Of a stretch of DNA of 64,000 nt, positions 1 to 13,693 are shown in pieces. The position numbers and the translations under genes are program-made. Under the pieces are notes generated by a model that ran no database searches, was not told where the DNA came from, and saw nothing but the letters and a program-made list of their open reading frames with translations. How positions within the stretch are numbered: the stretch's first letter is position 1; each line of letters starts with the position of its first letter. Origin of the DNA: Gonapodya sp. JEL0774 (taxonomy: Eukaryota); the NCBI GenBank assembly GCA_027604505.1, contig JADIIX010000065.1, positions 1 through 64,000 of the forward strand. Reading direction: 5' to 3'.

Positions 1-914
1 TTCCCTTCAAGTGAGGACACAGGACACGCACGCTTATGTCCACATCGCACACGGGAGCTCTCTCAGAAAGATGAGTATTGTTCCGGGGGGTGTTATCTCT
101 GTGCTGTTTGCAACCGCGATGCCGAGCAGTCGCCCTGTAAGTTCGGCCGTCACTGGATTATTGTTTGCGCCGACTCTTCCGTTCGGGTTGGGCCGTCAAG
201 TTCCCTTCGGGGTTCGAAGCACTTCGTGGGCGGGGGAGATCAAGTCTACTACGATGGTTGGGTGGGCTGAACCTGACACTTTGAATTTCGGTGTCACGGG
301 GACAACACACTGCTGGTCGAGTCATCGCGGTTGCTAACTGCTTTTGAGCCATGGGTTTGGATTAACTGACAAGACGTTTTGGCATGACATTTCCTCAAGG
401 TAGCCGGCTCCAGGCCGTTGAGTCGGATATTGGTTCAGTTACTCAGAATGCGGTAGGTAGTAAGTTTCGCCAAATGCCCACTCACTTTTGTTCCCCTACA
501 AGCGGGGTGGAAGCGAGCAGCCTCCCCGTGGCGCACCCTGGAAACGTTCTGGTTCCCAAGACCAGAACGGCTAACGCTCGCACAGTTTCGACGAACAAAG
601 TGAGCGGTGTGAACAGATCTTTCAGGCCATGCACCTGGGAGAATCATATTAGGGGAAATTGTCGTACCATGAAATAAACATCAGGAAGAACAGCCATGTC
701 ATCTCTGTTATAATATGTAAGTCCAAACCGGCGACTGCTTTGGTGACAAGGTCTTGTCCATACTCATTCAGGGCAATTACATATTAATTAGAGTGATGTG
801 AAGGGAAGAATAATATAAATCGAAACGTACTAGCTGTGGCCACTCGGCCGGTTCACAAAATATGACATGCCACAAGTATCCGACGGGGACGGTGCTGGGT
901 GATCACAAAAGGCG

Positions 915-2839
915 ATGGGTGACCCACTCCCTCCCACTATGCTGGCGCTGGTGCAGGAATACAAACAAGGTCCAGTACGCATCGCCCGTGTACCCGTCCC
1001 AATCCCCAGACAGAACGAGGTGCGTCCGTCCCCTTCAACGTCGTGTGCCGACCTGCCCCACTCGAACAGCAATTTTCGGAGAGTAAAATAAGGGTCCCGC
1101 TGATCTGATCTGCGTGCTTCTGCCCCCCTCTGTCTTTCCATGTATGTCCACTCTCGGAGAACAGATCCTCATCCGGGTCCATTCGGCCGCGGTCAACCCG
1201 GTCGACTGGAAGCAACTCCACCTCGGCGTCCTCACCGTTTCTTTTCCTCTGATCGTCGGCTGTGACGCCAGTGGTGTGGTCGTGGCGACTGGGCCGGGTT
1301 GCTCTGGTCGATGGGCGTGCGGGGACCAGGTGATGGTGTACACCAGAAACGGGTACCACGGGACTTTCGCAGAGTACGTCATATGCCGAGAAGAAATCGT
1401 CGCAAGAGTGAGAAGGTCCGCTTTTCAGTGCATCTTTTGCTGTCTGACCGTGCTTATCACAACGACGGATTAAATGTGGTTTAATCCTCTTCAAACAATC
1501 ACCCCACGCACCAACGCACCACATACCTCCCCACCCCCAGAAACCCCCATCGCTCTCCCACGACGTCGCCGCCTCCATCCCCCTCGGCCTCATCACCGCC
1601 GCCGTCTCCCTCTACCTCCCCATCTCCCACAACCTCCCTTGGCCCCGGCCTCGGTCCGATCACTCGCCACCACCTCCACCACACCCGACGACACAGACCG
1701 ACCATAGCCATAGCAGCAAACCCTGGCTCCTTGTCTGGGGTGCCAGCTCCAGCTGCGGATCCTGGGCGGTCCAGATGGCCGCCATGAGCGGCGCGAGGGT
1801 CATTGGAGTCGCTGGCAAGCGTAATCTGCAGGTGAGTTGTGAGATTCGGGATCGTTGTTTTTTCACTCGGCACTCGATCGGCATCAGAATTGCGTTGCCC
1901 ACTGCGCGTCGGGCGATGGGATGGAGAGATTTGGAGGGTCTTTTTGGAATGTTGACGCTGTATCATAGTCATAGTACGAAGTGTTGGTGGTGCGAACCAT
2001 GAGCCACCTGCGATTCCAATTTCGTCCACATACATATCACGCAGTGGTAGTGGTGGTGGTATGAACGATACCACCTACGGAACGCACCCGGACAACTTTC
2101 CTTCCCCACTTCTAACCCATTTACCTCCTCTCCCACTCCCCCCTCCCACTCCACCTCTCACCTTCCCTCTCTCCTACCACCCACCCCAGTACGTCCTCTC
2201 CCTCGGCGCCCTCCACGCCCTCGACCGTTCCGACCCCGCGCACACCCTCTCCGCCATCCGCCGTATCGTCGAGTCCGAGTCCGAGTCCGAGTCCGAGTCC
2301 GAGTCCGGATCCAAACTCCTCATGGCGGTGGACGCTGTCGGTGGGGAGACGGCGGGGTACTGTGTGGATGCGGTGGACGGGGGGGCCAAGGTCGTGTGTG
2401 TTGCGGGAACACCGGGACCTGGACATGGCCGTGGGCGTGCCCAACAGGGGAAAGAGAAGCTTGAGATTGTTCCAGGTGAGTAACGAGCTGGAGGGTGAGC
2501 GGCAAATGTCGATTCACGGCGCCGCACTCACTTAGTCCTTGTTTCTCCCGCGGTGTTCCCTCTTCCTCCCTCCCTCCCCCTCCCCCTCTCTCCCCCTCAG
2601 TCAATGCCGGCTGGATCCACGGCTCCCGCCACGCCCAATTCGGCCACCTCTTCTGGCTCCACGTGGCACCCCTGCTGGCCTCGGGCGCCTTGCGACCGTG
2701 CCCGCCCGTCACGGTCCTCCCCGGTGGCCTGGCGGGGGTCGTGGGGGGGCTGAGAAGGATGCGAGAGGGTGATGTGAGCGGGGAGAAGATGGTGGTCAGA
2801 GTGGGGGAGACGGGAGAGGGGGAGATGGAGAGACTGTGA
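915..2839 (+). CDS. Zn-independent medium-chain dehydrogenase/reductase, enoyl-reductase-like (ToxD/LovC/YNL134C type), 5 exons
   Basis: Spliced product MGDPLPPTMLALVQ...VPIPRQNE|ILIRVHSAAVNPVDWK...GCDASGVVVATG...GTFAEY...|...LLVWGASSSCGSWAVQMA...|...GGLAGVVGGLRRMREGDVSGEKMVV. It has the NPVDWK, GCDxSG and NADPH-binding WGASSxxG motifs and GT-AG introns. Confidence 0.9.
2271..2306 (+). repeat. (GAGTCC)6 coding microsatellite encoding (ES)6
   Basis: Direct reading of a perfect hexamer array inside an exon of the reductase. Confidence 0.95.
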
Positions 2840-3469
2840 ATGGGGGGAGTAGGGGGTGGGGAGGGTTATGGATGTGGGGATTATTTTGGCAAATGGTCTT
2901 TTGTGTGTGTACATACTGTTCGTCTTCCCCCATGTGGAAACTTTCACACTTTTCCACAGCAAAGTCCATCTTGGTGTTCTTGCTTTGAGTTGGGCACTTC
3001 CGCCAAACATTGAATGTGAATCTGACCAACAAATGGACAACCCCCATCACATACATTTCCTCACCAAAAAACGGGACCAGACTGTCAAATAAAGTTCGAG
3101 TCTCCCATTTCATATTTCATTGTGCTTATCTTACTTCGTTGTTCTTTTATTGTCAATGGAATTGGGGTTGGAGGTTTGAATACGGAGTTTGTGAAGCTCC
3201 GCTTGCTGTGTCCGTCTTCCTCCCACTCACAACCACACAACCTCAACTCCCCCTCCATATGAAACCCACTTGAATCCCCCAAAACATCGAAGAAACCACA
3301 ACACCACATCCTCGAATTCTCCGTCCCCACTCGTGCCCTTTCCTCCCTCCCCATCCACCGCCAATTCGCGCCCCCCCCCCCGCGCCCTCCACCCAACTGA
3401 AACAATCTGTAGAAGCCCCACGTCACCATGTCCGCCGGCCTTCCCTTCCCCCTCGACAAAGTCGATCTG

Positions 3470-6400
3470 ATGACATTCTTACGGGCGATGACGGAGGGTA
3501 TGGTGATGAGGTGGGTTGTGGGTGGTGAGCTGTGTTTCGGGAGAGAGGAGTGGATTTGAGAGAAGGAGGGAAGTGAAGCGGTGATCGCATGGGTAAACAC
3601 GTTCTGGTTGTTGAGCAGCTTGTCACGGTTTTCATTCAATGGAAGTGTCAAGTGCCGATTGCCAATTCACCTTCCACATCTCAACCAGCCCCTCCTGCTC
3701 CCCTTTCCCCTTTGTCCCCTTCCATTTTCAGCTCCGACTACCCCCGCCCCTCCTGCCCCTTCCCCCTCTCCACCTACCCGCACTGCCTCGCCTGCCTTAT
3801 GGCTCTCCAGACCAAAGATTCCTCCGTCGGCCCCACCCCCGCCCAGCTGTACGACCGGCTGTCGTTGGCGCTCGCGGTGTCGATGGGGTCGGACCGCCGG
3901 CACGACCATGATGGGGCGCTCTTGACGTTTAATTTGGCGGTGCTGTCGAGGTATGCGGGATGAATTGGGTGTGGTCCGTGTGGTTGTCGGATGGTGAAAG
4001 GGGCAGCAGGGTCTTTGGAAAAATTAAGTGGACGAACATGGGACGGGTTTTGAGAAGAAGGTCGCTTCGCGAAGTGGAGAATCCGGAGAAGCAGCTCGAG
4101 ATGCACGCTGTTCCGCCGCACATGGACGTGGAATGAAACGCTTCAAATTGCGTTCATGACGTACGAGCGACACCTCTTGTTTCGTATATTTTACGTCGTG
4201 AACGTTCCGCAACACACAAAGCGCGGTTGTCTCGTCAGAATCGAACCCCCGACCCCCAAAAATCTCACAACTATTCGTTCAATCGCTAGATACCTCTCTC
4301 GCTCGACGATCTACCTTCCTCCCCCGCTGTCTCTTCCCCCGCCGCCCGCCCCGTCACACCCCACGCTCGACCCTCCCACTCCTTCCCTGGCTCGCATCGT
4401 GGCCATCGAGAGAGCCGGGAAGCCTGGTCTTGCAGCTCAGGAGGAAGGAAAGAAGAAAGATGCGGAGGGGACCATGGATGGAGTGCTTTTGAAGGCTGGG
4501 GTGGTACGGAGAGTGCTTACGGTGCGTACGCTGTAGGGTCAGGTTTCGGCAGGGCGAGTGGGACGGTGTTTCCAACATGCCAAGTTGATCGGACGAATGA
4601 TGGACGTGAGATGATTCGGAGGAATCGCACCCAGAGTCGGTGCCAGAGCGCTGCCTCATCGTTGCTCCGCCATTTTTGATTCTCTAATCAGTGCGGCCCC
4701 CGATTGGCTCGCGTATCCTTCACACCTACTACCATCTGGAAACACTGTCCCTAAAAACCTGAACAACCACAGCTTCTTGCTGAATCCGTGTCGGGCACCA
4801 TGAAATTGTCTCCCACGGAGGTCACGGACGCGTTGACGGTGTTGATCCACTTTGGTGAGTATGCAGTGCTGACTGATGAGTCGGTGGTCCGCCAGAGCGA
4901 TATATGATCCGATGCAATGCGTTATGAAAGTGGGAGGTCAGCGCAATGGAAAGGAGAGGGGATGGGGAACGGTGCACTTCAAATGGCTCGACGCAAATGA
5001 ACTTACCATTCGAACATCACGTCCACCTTTAGCCATCTTCGAGTCTTCGGCCAGTTTCGCTCGATACCTTATCCATTCGAATCATCTTCTTTCCCTCCTT
5101 ACTGTTCTTCTCTCCCGTTATGTCTCTCACTTCCTCGTTGTCCACCAAATCCTCTCGCTCTTCCTCGCCACCCTTCGAAGTGCCACCGCTGTAGATCTCC
5201 CCGCAGAAGTGTTATTGACTCGCTGTGGTCTTCTCTTTCGCAGAGCCTTTGAATATGCTCGCGTCGCCGCCCCTGGTGGCAGTCCTTCTGCCATCAGGTC
5301 CGCTGCGTCGCGAGGATCCATTCCGCCTCTCCCGTTTTCTCACGACATGGCCGCTTGGACCGCTCTCGAGCGCAACCTCTCTGAGCAAGTGCATGGCGAG
5401 GATGGGGCTAACGTGATATCTCAGGCGAAAGCAATTGAGGGGTTACAGCTTCCAGGATCTGGTGTTCTTGGCGTGGATCTGAACGACAATTCGAAAGATG
5501 AAACTGACCTAGATTCTACCGCAATAGCAAGGCGTTGGTGTGGTAGACTCGTTGGGCTGGGCCTCGATGTGGTGTTGCAAGTGATTGTCCGGCTCTCGGG
5601 CAATCCTGTGAATTTGGCTTCGCTTGTGGAACAGAACTCCGACTTGGTACCTGCTCTTGTGGGCATCTTACGGCCGACAGGGGCGGATGAGTACAGTGTG
5701 GGGACAGCCGGAACTGACAATCGGGTTGTCAAGACCTCCGAGACCTCACTGCGTTTCCGCCTTGTAGCGGCCCAGGCGCTCGCGTGCCTGACTCGCCCCT
5801 CTCCGCATTTTCTAGCCGCTGCCGCTGATTTTTCTAGAGTGACTGCGGGTGGCCGTGGAGTGCTCGGTGCACCTCTGATTGAACATGTTGCGGCCCTCGC
5901 ATTGTTACACAGCCCTGAGGTCCTGTCTGGTGTCATGGCCGCCCTCAAGTGGTGGAGAGGTTTGGATGCGGATGCGGTATCCTATTATTGCTTCAAGGAT
6001 GAGGCTACATCGGACTCCGAGGGATTCGTGGGTGGAGGACATGAATCAGGCGCTGGCGGTGCGAGTGCGCTTTCCACTGTTAATGCGTGGCCAGCAACGA
6101 CCATCAAAAATCTCTGTCGCGCCTGTACCCCTGGTAAAATGGGTCGTTACTTTGTCGACATGGCCATTTTGGGTGCGGCATTGGCTGACGTAGTGGCTAA
6201 CATATGTGCAGTTGACCCCGATGCCGTGGAAAAGGCGGGACTACTGAAGGAGATGGGGGAAGCAGCTAGCGTTACGCTGAACTTCTATTCCTCTGGGAAA
6301 GGTGGAAATGTGAGAAGGTTGCAAGGGATAGAGAAAAAGAGAGACGGAATGCGAGAATCCTGGATGTTGGCCATGGTGTCTGTAGGGTGGACAGCGGAAG

Positions 6401-7297
6401 TTGTAACTCGGGAAGCAGGATCACTGCGATGGGTACCTCTGCCGACCAAACCCGCTGCAGCATCGGGACATCTCAAGAGTGTGAATAATGGGAATGGATC
6501 ATCGGCACCGTACAAACAAGCGGCATTGACTCCCACTTCCCCTCCTCCAGTGACACTAGTGGGAGTCCCCGCCGGAGAGACTCTGCGAATGCTGTCGGTT
6601 AAGGACATCTCACAACAAACTTTTCAAGCATATACTTACCACCGTGCACCTCCCATGCTTGACTCGGCACTTCTCGCCCTCGCACGGTGGTCAGCGGCCT
6701 GGACGGTCGGGGACGACGATGATCTGACAAACCCACGACTCAAGGCATTCTACGATATGTACGGTGAAGTGTGTAAGGATAGAGCAAAGCACGCCCGAGA
6801 TGAGGGAAATTTGTGCAATGGGATTAAAGAATGGAGCCAAGCGATATGGTGGTAGGTAGAAGGTATGCTTGATCACCAGCAATCTCTTTATCAACACAAT
6901 TACTCTCAGGTACACCCTTTCACTTAATCTACAACGTTATATACCCAACGCTACATCAGTGAATGCCTCGTTTTTCAACACCATTGCAGCCCAACAGCTT
7001 GTGTCTCGCGCGCAATGCTATTCCAAACTAGGCATGATGGAGCATGCCTGGCTTGACGCCGTAACAGCAGGAGCAATTCACATACGGAACGACAATGATG
7101 AACCAATTGAAGACGAAAAGGTACTCGGTGAGGTACTGGAAAGGGCTGCCGCTGCGGCAGAGGCAGGCAGGGATGGGGAGGATGATATCCTACGAGATTT
7201 GGCCGCGATCATAAAAGATGTAAAACGACAAGTACCTGGGCTAGCTGAGTTGGGTCCACATCTTGTGAGGATTCGGACATACCAGTATTATCGATGA
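3470..7297 (+). CDS. Hypothetical large helical (ARM-like) protein with C-terminal TPR motifs; 5' end uncertain
   Basis: Phase-compatible GT-AG exons at ~3470-3510, ~3732-3950, ~4290-4521, ~4773-4854, ~5032-6851 and ~6910-7297. The C-terminus has TPR-like ARDEGNLCNGIKEWSQAIWWYTLSL...LVSRAQCYSKLGMMEHAWLDA. Confidence 0.6.
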
Positions 7298-7687
7298 GCT
7301 CAACGAGAAGTTGGGAATAACAAACTGCGGTGTCTTTACTCCATAGTATTCTGCAAATGCATGCCAAATTCCATTCTTATTGAGCAATCATGGGTATCCT
7401 CCTCCTCTTAATCATTTTGGCCGAGACATTTTGCTCGGTTTGACTGTCAATTGCCTGGCCCAACTCCCCAAGCCTGTTTTGGTTACTGTTGGCCGTTGGT
7501 TATCATTGAAGTAGAATGTCCTCTTTGATCGACACAATTCGCGAAAACCATGAGGTTAGATTTCGTGGAGATTTGAGAAATCTGCGTATTCATTCCATTC
7601 AAGCGGAGATGCACGGTGTTCCCCGCTGGCAATAAATTATTACATAGAGTACGAATAACCTGGCATGTCACACATGTTGGTCCATGG

Positions 7688-10600
7688 TCAATCGCATTCC
7701 ACCCCCATACTCCATGGCGGTGAGTCTTTTGAGGTTTCCCTGATTCCCTCAAAAGATTGGTTTTCCTCTTTTTCCTCTTCTTGGGTACTGACTTGAAGCA
7801 TGTCACCGGGCCTACCCACAGATAGTGACGCACCACGAATCTCCCGATGGGATAACACGGGACGATTGAGAGCATCCAAACTCAACCCGGATGCTGCACG
7901 GTGCAGAACTCTCTGTTCCTGTTGGTCAGGGTCCTCGTTTTTCTCCCTTCGATGCAATGCAAGAGGTAAGGGGACCTCCTTGAAAATTTTGCAGTAATGA
8001 GGATCAAAAGGACAACTTCTTCAGGACAAGCAGACGACAAACAACGGTGATTCCCTGGTTCTTCGGTTACTTACCTTCACAGCTCTGAAATTACCAACGT
8101 TTGTGAGATGCTCGTTTTCCATTCGAAAGATGTTCCACTGAAATCTTCGAGAAGCTTAGCGAGCAAACTGTGTCAGACTTATTTGCTCCACGTGCAAAAA
8201 TTGGGAAGTTACCTTCAAGCAACGCTAAGAAAAATGCGATGACACGTCCATCCACCACAATACCCCAGTGAGAAGGCGAAATCGAGAAAACCCACGTAAC
8301 GCGTAAAAATACGTTGCTGAGCATGGCAATGTACTGTAGTTGCAGAAGTATTAAACGGTATCACCACATGCATCGAACGCGTGAAATGATATCTACATAG
8401 AAGTACGGAGGATACAACAGGTCCTCTCGAAGAAAAGGGTGCTTCATGTTCCGTCGCAACAGGCCCCAATCGAACCATATGTCCCAGATGTATGAATAGC
8501 TCGACGACAGAACACAAAAAACGATCCAGATGCTCCGTGATGTCCATGTGTCATCACTCTTGGACCAAGCTGCCGTGAATATCACAGATAGCGAAAGCAG
8601 GTACTTCAAGGCGTTGGAGAGGTGAGGGTGAGCTTGGCACCAAGAAAAATTGATTGTTTTATTCGTTTAAAATCCAAGAATGGTAGAAGCAATCACCATT
8701 TTGTGAGTCCTATCCAAGAATGAAGTTCACGTTAAGAGACTTTGCGAAGTAGTGAACCACAAAGAATCTCACGTAAAAGCGCCGGACACACTGAACAAGG
8801 CGAAGGAACGCAGGAATCGCTGTAAATGCAGCTACAGTCCACGTATTCGATGAGGAACATTTCGTAGCTTTTCAAAATTCAGAAATTCAGAAAAAGAAGT
8901 AGTCGTGATATTCAACTTAGTTTTCTTACGCAAATCGGTCCAGGAGTTCGAATATGCACAGACAAACGCTTGGTCTAGAGCGGTAAAGGCGTACGTGACT
9001 GAGTTTAAGTTATCCGTAATGAAAAAGTCTCGGAATTCGACAGTTCGGAAGCCTGAAGTTAGAATTCGCCAGATCGTGCGCAGAAACCACCAACGAGCAG
9101 TTGGAAAGAGGATCCGAAAGGGATTCAATACCAGAATCCCAAAAAGGACTATCAAAATTGCAGGATAAGACGTATATTTGACGAATGAGAACCAGTTATC
9201 GACTGGGATAATGATGTTAGGTCCAACTGGCAGGAATATTGGAAAGCACGCGAACTTACACGTCAGGTAAAAGCAAAATGAGGTGATGCAGAGAAGAGTA
9301 GAACTCAAGTCTAAAAATTCCACAGGAGTTAGGTGGTCTCGTGGGTCGCTGAAGTAATATTGACTTAACAATCCAATCTGGCAATCAGCTCGAACCAATA
9401 CAACACTCACAGCTCAAACACAAACACATAATTGACGTTGAATGTTTCCCAAATCAAAATATTCTGCAAATATGCAACGATGAGTCACAATGATCACATA
9501 GTGCGATATCTGAAGCCTTACAAGGGAAAACAGTTGCAGTAAAGCGACCACGACGCCGAATCCTCCGTATGCTTGGAGTAAGAAGCGCGCATTTGGGTCA
9601 GTCTGAAGGAGTCCCTGAGAAAATACTGAATGAAATAGGAAATGTATGCGTCAGGGCACTTCTCAGGTTGCAAGAGGAAATAGCGTCGTTTACTTCTCTC
9701 AAGGGTAAAAACAATGGGTGGGATAGACAATCCCACCAGCAGACCCGTCATCCACGTAGTCATAAACTGATCCTCGCTTTTGACATCGGGTAATCGCAAA
9801 CGCTTCATGGCTGATTGAAACTTTAATGCATTGGTCTCGAAACACCCATCTGTGAGCTCACCTGCCTTACGATCACCTTCTGTGAAATAAGTAGCGAAGC
9901 ATGACTCAGTTTTCTGTTCCAGCTCCTTTATCTTTCGGGACTGCGCGAATTCCGTCTCTGACGGGGTATGTCAACATCACCGCGCAATAAATTTTAATAC
10001 ATTGAAAAATGACTTACTGTTGACTTTATCCATGTACATTGACAGAGCCCCCCAACCTGTGAGTTTTTCGTATTTTTTCATAATTTTACCAAACGCTTGT
10101 GCATTCAGAGTCTTCGTGGTCAAGGTAACATCGCAAATTTGAGCGGAATGAAGCAAAGACAGGTCTATTCACTCACTTGGAAGTTTCTAAGAAGAATTAG
10201 AAATCGGTAAAACTCCAGTACTGCTTTCTTCAATTTGGACTTCGCTGATTCAAGGCCTTGCTTGGTTACGGCGTTGTCCAACCCAAGATTTTTCAGAATT
10301 TCGTCTTTTTGTTTCGCGATATCGTCATTATCGTCAAGCGCAACTCCATTTTTGCGGATGGATACTCCTTTGCGCTTCGACAGCTGTGCAGTTGCTGGAC
10401 GGGGCGACGAGGCAGGACGAACTGGGGCCATATGCATGGTGGCAGCGGAAGGTAATCGACCATCACTGTGGTTGTCGTTGTCCCCCTTTTCATCTTCATC
10501 AGAGGAATCCGATCGAACCAATGGAGCAGGACTCCCTGGTGGATGCAAACGCTTCTTCCCGGAAGTTCTCCACCGGGGAAGACCCCTTTCCAGGTCCAAG

Positions 10601-11497
10601 TTTGGCATAGACGAATGCATTGGAGACTTGTGGGTCCTATCCAGAAGTGTACCGTGAAACAGCTTGTGTGGAACCTCGGAAAGGGCCTTGATTGCAGAGG
10701 CGGTCTCTTCTACCTCAATTCCAATCAGTGGAAGCAAATCATCCTCGGCAAGAAGCTGTGGGTTCGCTTGTAATTCCTTCAATACAACAAGCTGCTCGAG
10801 GATTGCCGACAGTCGAGACTCCGCGATAGCTGTTTGCTGCACAAAGAACCCGTTGACCTTCTCCAGCTGTTTGTCCAGGTAGTCAAAGAACTCCCTCTCA
10901 CTGGTCAAGAGGGTCGGTATGACGTCTGCAAGGGCGACGGGATTCCCTGACGAACCGTGCGACTTCGTGACAGAGTAGAAATAGAATGCTATGACGAAAC
11001 GCAAGCTCACGTATATTCCTGTTTCCGATAAAAGATGTAACCGATGCAATTTTCACTGCAATAGGTCGCCTTCTCGGAGATGCAGAAGGGTCCTCCCCAG
11101 TTCTTTCATAGTCAGATCGCAACCCGGCTGGGGCCAGCGACGAATACTCCGCGCCTGACTCATAGGGAGCAGCTTCAACACTAGAGGAAGAGGTGTCAGC
11201 GGATGATGCGGCAGTTGCTGGAGCTTCCAGAGCCGCAGGTGGAAGATGCAGGGAAGAGTTCGAAAGGTCAGATATTGGTTGCCGACCGTTGCGATAGAAA
11301 AATGGGGAGCGATGAGTGGCCGAAAGATCGACAGCAATTTTCTTTATGAGTCTTTTCAACTTCTTGTAGCTGGGATGGTTCGAGAGTGATTGGGCATAGG
11401 TCATCGAAAGAGATCTCACTGAATCATCGCCTTACTTGACATAGCGACTAGCCCATTCGGGTACCTCCTCTTGCTCTAGATAGCGTCCGAATTTCAT
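7688..11497 (-). CDS. SYG1: SPX-EXS domain protein (Syg1/XPR1 phosphate exporter family), multi-exon
   Basis: SPX start MKFGRYLEQEEVPEWASRYVNYKKLKRLIKKI, then EREFFDYLDKQLEKVNGFF and KLKKAVLEFYRFLILLRNF. EXS motifs VEFRDFFITDNLNS, YSYIWDIWFDWGLL and FRAVKEVPLP. Confidence 0.93.
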
Positions 11498-11848
11498 GGA
11501 GGGAACTGGGAATCCCTTACTACGTCAATGAGAGTTCAGAGATGAATAGCCTGGGGTCCGGACGTCCGAAGCGAACCGCGTTCTATTCCGCGTCTAATGG
11601 AGCAGTGTTAAAATGTTCTCAGAGAAGATTCACTGTGCAAAATTGTGAGGTGGGTTGTGAGGTGGGTTTTTGATGTGCGCATAAGTTCATGCTCATATCC
11701 TGCTGAGCTGAGATGCCTGGAGGTCTCTCCTTCCGTTCATCACTGCCAACTATCCGGGGGGACATATATGTGAATATTTGGATTTCAACAATTTAGAGGT
11801 ACTTCTTCCGTAGGCGTGCTATTGTATAAGTCCATTCTTGTAGAATCT

Positions 11849-13693
11849 TTATTTGTTTCGTCGAGCAAACGTTTTGATAAATGCTTGGGAACTCTTCGTA
11901 CTAAACGCACTCTCCACCTGCACCGACGATTGGACATTCATATCCATTCTCTCAAACACCAAACTCGCCCCCACTCCTGTTTTCACACCACCCCGCACGG
12001 TCGCCACTCTAGCGACGCGGTCCAAACCCCGTTCCGCCACGGAAACCACTCTTGTCGAAGGTGTTGGAGAGGGGTGTTCAGCTGCTTTGGCGACAGCGAG
12101 AGCGGGTGCAGCCAGAGCCGTCAGAGAGTTCCTAACGTGTTTGTCAATACCGGTGTCAGGTTTCATTGTGAGAAGGGCAGGCTGGGCAGCAATTTTGACG
12201 AGACGCCATACACCATTACGACCGAATTTTGTTCCCGGAGCAAATGCTCGGTCTCCATTCCAAACTCGCAATTCCGCGTGTGACACGGAATCCACTGGAG
12301 GGAACTCTTCCTTCTCGTCCTTCAGTCCTTTCCGCCCAGCCATTGAAGGACGCGCCATCCTCCGTGGGCCTTCAACCCACGACGCCCGAATAGGTGCACC
12401 CGTCGTTTTCCAATCCGTATCCTCATCCCTTGCCAGGACGAACCTCCGAAGCACATTTCCATCAACCCATTTTGCTTCCTCTTGGGTGAGCACCACGTTA
12501 CTACCACCATATGCGAAATCCTGCCTAGCCCGCGAATCGTGAGCAATGTCATCCGTGGTACGAGGCCAGGCCACGCTCTTCAAGAGGGTGGCAACTCCCC
12601 CAGTGCTTGACGGGGAGGCGAGCGAAATCACTGGGTGGAAGCTTGAGGACACCTGTTTCACGAGAGAGACGTCGTCGAGGGCGCGTTTGGTGGTGTTTTG
12701 ATGAGGTGTTGGTAGTGTCCGTGGCCGTGGAGAAGTGGCGCCATCGAGAGTATCGGACTCGAAGAGCCCGACTGTGGGGTCGAGCAGGTGCCAAAAGAGT
12801 CTTTCGTGATCGTGAAGATTCGAGGAGCGGGAGTTTTCTACGGCCAAAAATCTACCAACAGCTTTAAAGGGTACTTGTGTATTCGAAACGTCCAAGGAAT
12901 GCAGATGAGGGAACTTTGGTACAAGCACGGATAAAGTTCGCTCCGTGACGGACGTCAGCGAGAGATTCAGGTGTTGGAGGTTTACGAGAGATGAGACGCT
13001 ATCGAGAGCCTCGTCGTCCACTTCCCTGCCGTCACCGCTTTCCTGATCGGAATCATCGTTTACGGTAGCATCGACGTCAACTCCTGCCCCCAACACCCTC
13101 ACAAGATGGCTCACACCATCATCACCAATCCCAGCGTTCCCTCGTAAGTCCAGAGAGATCAAAGACTTCAGCCTTGCGAAATACACGAGATCTTGGCTTT
13201 CGAGGCCACAGCCTCGGAGCTCAAGGCGGACGAGAATCGGTCCAAATGAGGCGATCCGCAGAAGTCGTGTGAGGGGACGCGGATCCGCCGCGGAGAACGC
13301 GGTTCCCTCCTCAAAAGCAGCACGCTTGGAAGTGATTTGAACGTTGTGAATTCGAAGTGACCGGCGTTCTGTTGGCAGGGACCCAACCTCTCCCGGATAA
13401 CCCTCCATGAACCGCGCGAGAAGGCGTACTACTCGTCTTCGGACATCTGCAGGGAGCGATCGATCCCACCAATTATCCAGACGCTCGAAAATCAAACGTC
13501 CATACGGATTCCACGGAACGCTCTCCTTGAGGTCCAGGTATATGGGAACGGACGTGCGTTTCCGGAACAGAAGTAGGTCAAGAAGCGCGTCAACAGCGAT
13601 GTCCGTGAGGCGTGGGATCACACGGTGGAGTTGCGGGGGTGTTGAGTACGTCGATGACATTCGAGCGGTTGATTTGAAGCGAAATGTCCACAA
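11849..13693 (-). CDS. Leucine-rich repeat (RNI-like) hypothetical protein
   Basis: 614-aa ORF with LRR units LVRLELRGCGL, LISLDLRGNAGIGDDGV, LQHLNLSLTSVTE and LHSLDVSNTQV. The start is uncertain. Confidence 0.75.
   Translation of the reverse strand: MWTFRFKSTARMSSTYSTPPQLHRVIPRLTDIAVDALLDLLLFRKRTSVPIYLDLKESVPWNPYGRLIFERLDNWWDRSLPADVRRRVVRLLARFMEGYPGEVGSLPTERRSLRIHNVQITSKRAAFEEGTAFSAADPRPLTRLLRIASFGPILVRLELRGCGLESQDLVYFARLKSLISLDLRGNAGIGDDGVSHLVRVLGAGVDVDATVNDDSDQESGDGREVDDEALDSVSSLVNLQHLNLSLTSVTERTLSVLVPKFPHLHSLDVSNTQVPFKAVGRFLAVENSRSSNLHDHERLFWHLLDPTVGLFESDTLDGATSPRPRTLPTPHQNTTKRALDDVSLVKQVSSSFHPVISLASPSSTGGVATLLKSVAWPRTTDDIAHDSRARQDFAYGGSNVVLTQEEAKWVDGNVLRRFVLARDEDTDWKTTGAPIRASWVEGPRRMARPSMAGRKGLKDEKEEFPPVDSVSHAELRVWNGDRAFAPGTKFGRNGVWRLVKIAAQPALLTMKPDTGIDKHVRNSLTALAAPALAVAKAAEHPSPTPSTRVVSVAERGLDRVARVATVRGGVKTGVGASLVFERMDMNVQSSVQVESAFSTKSSQAFIKTFARRNK

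Noticed and set aside
1..700. Short ORFs on both strands at the window start
   Set aside because: No recognisable motif or consistent exon chain; cannot be called.
915..2839. Trans-enoyl reductase as a sign of a polyketide cluster
   Set aside because: No PKS/NRPS or tailoring genes in the window; stand-alone homologues are common.
3259..3510. MKPT-TGA in frame with the first exon of the TPR gene (read-through or Sec?)
   Set aside because: The region is pyrimidine-rich with an acceptor at ~3411, more like intron or UTR; no supporting context.
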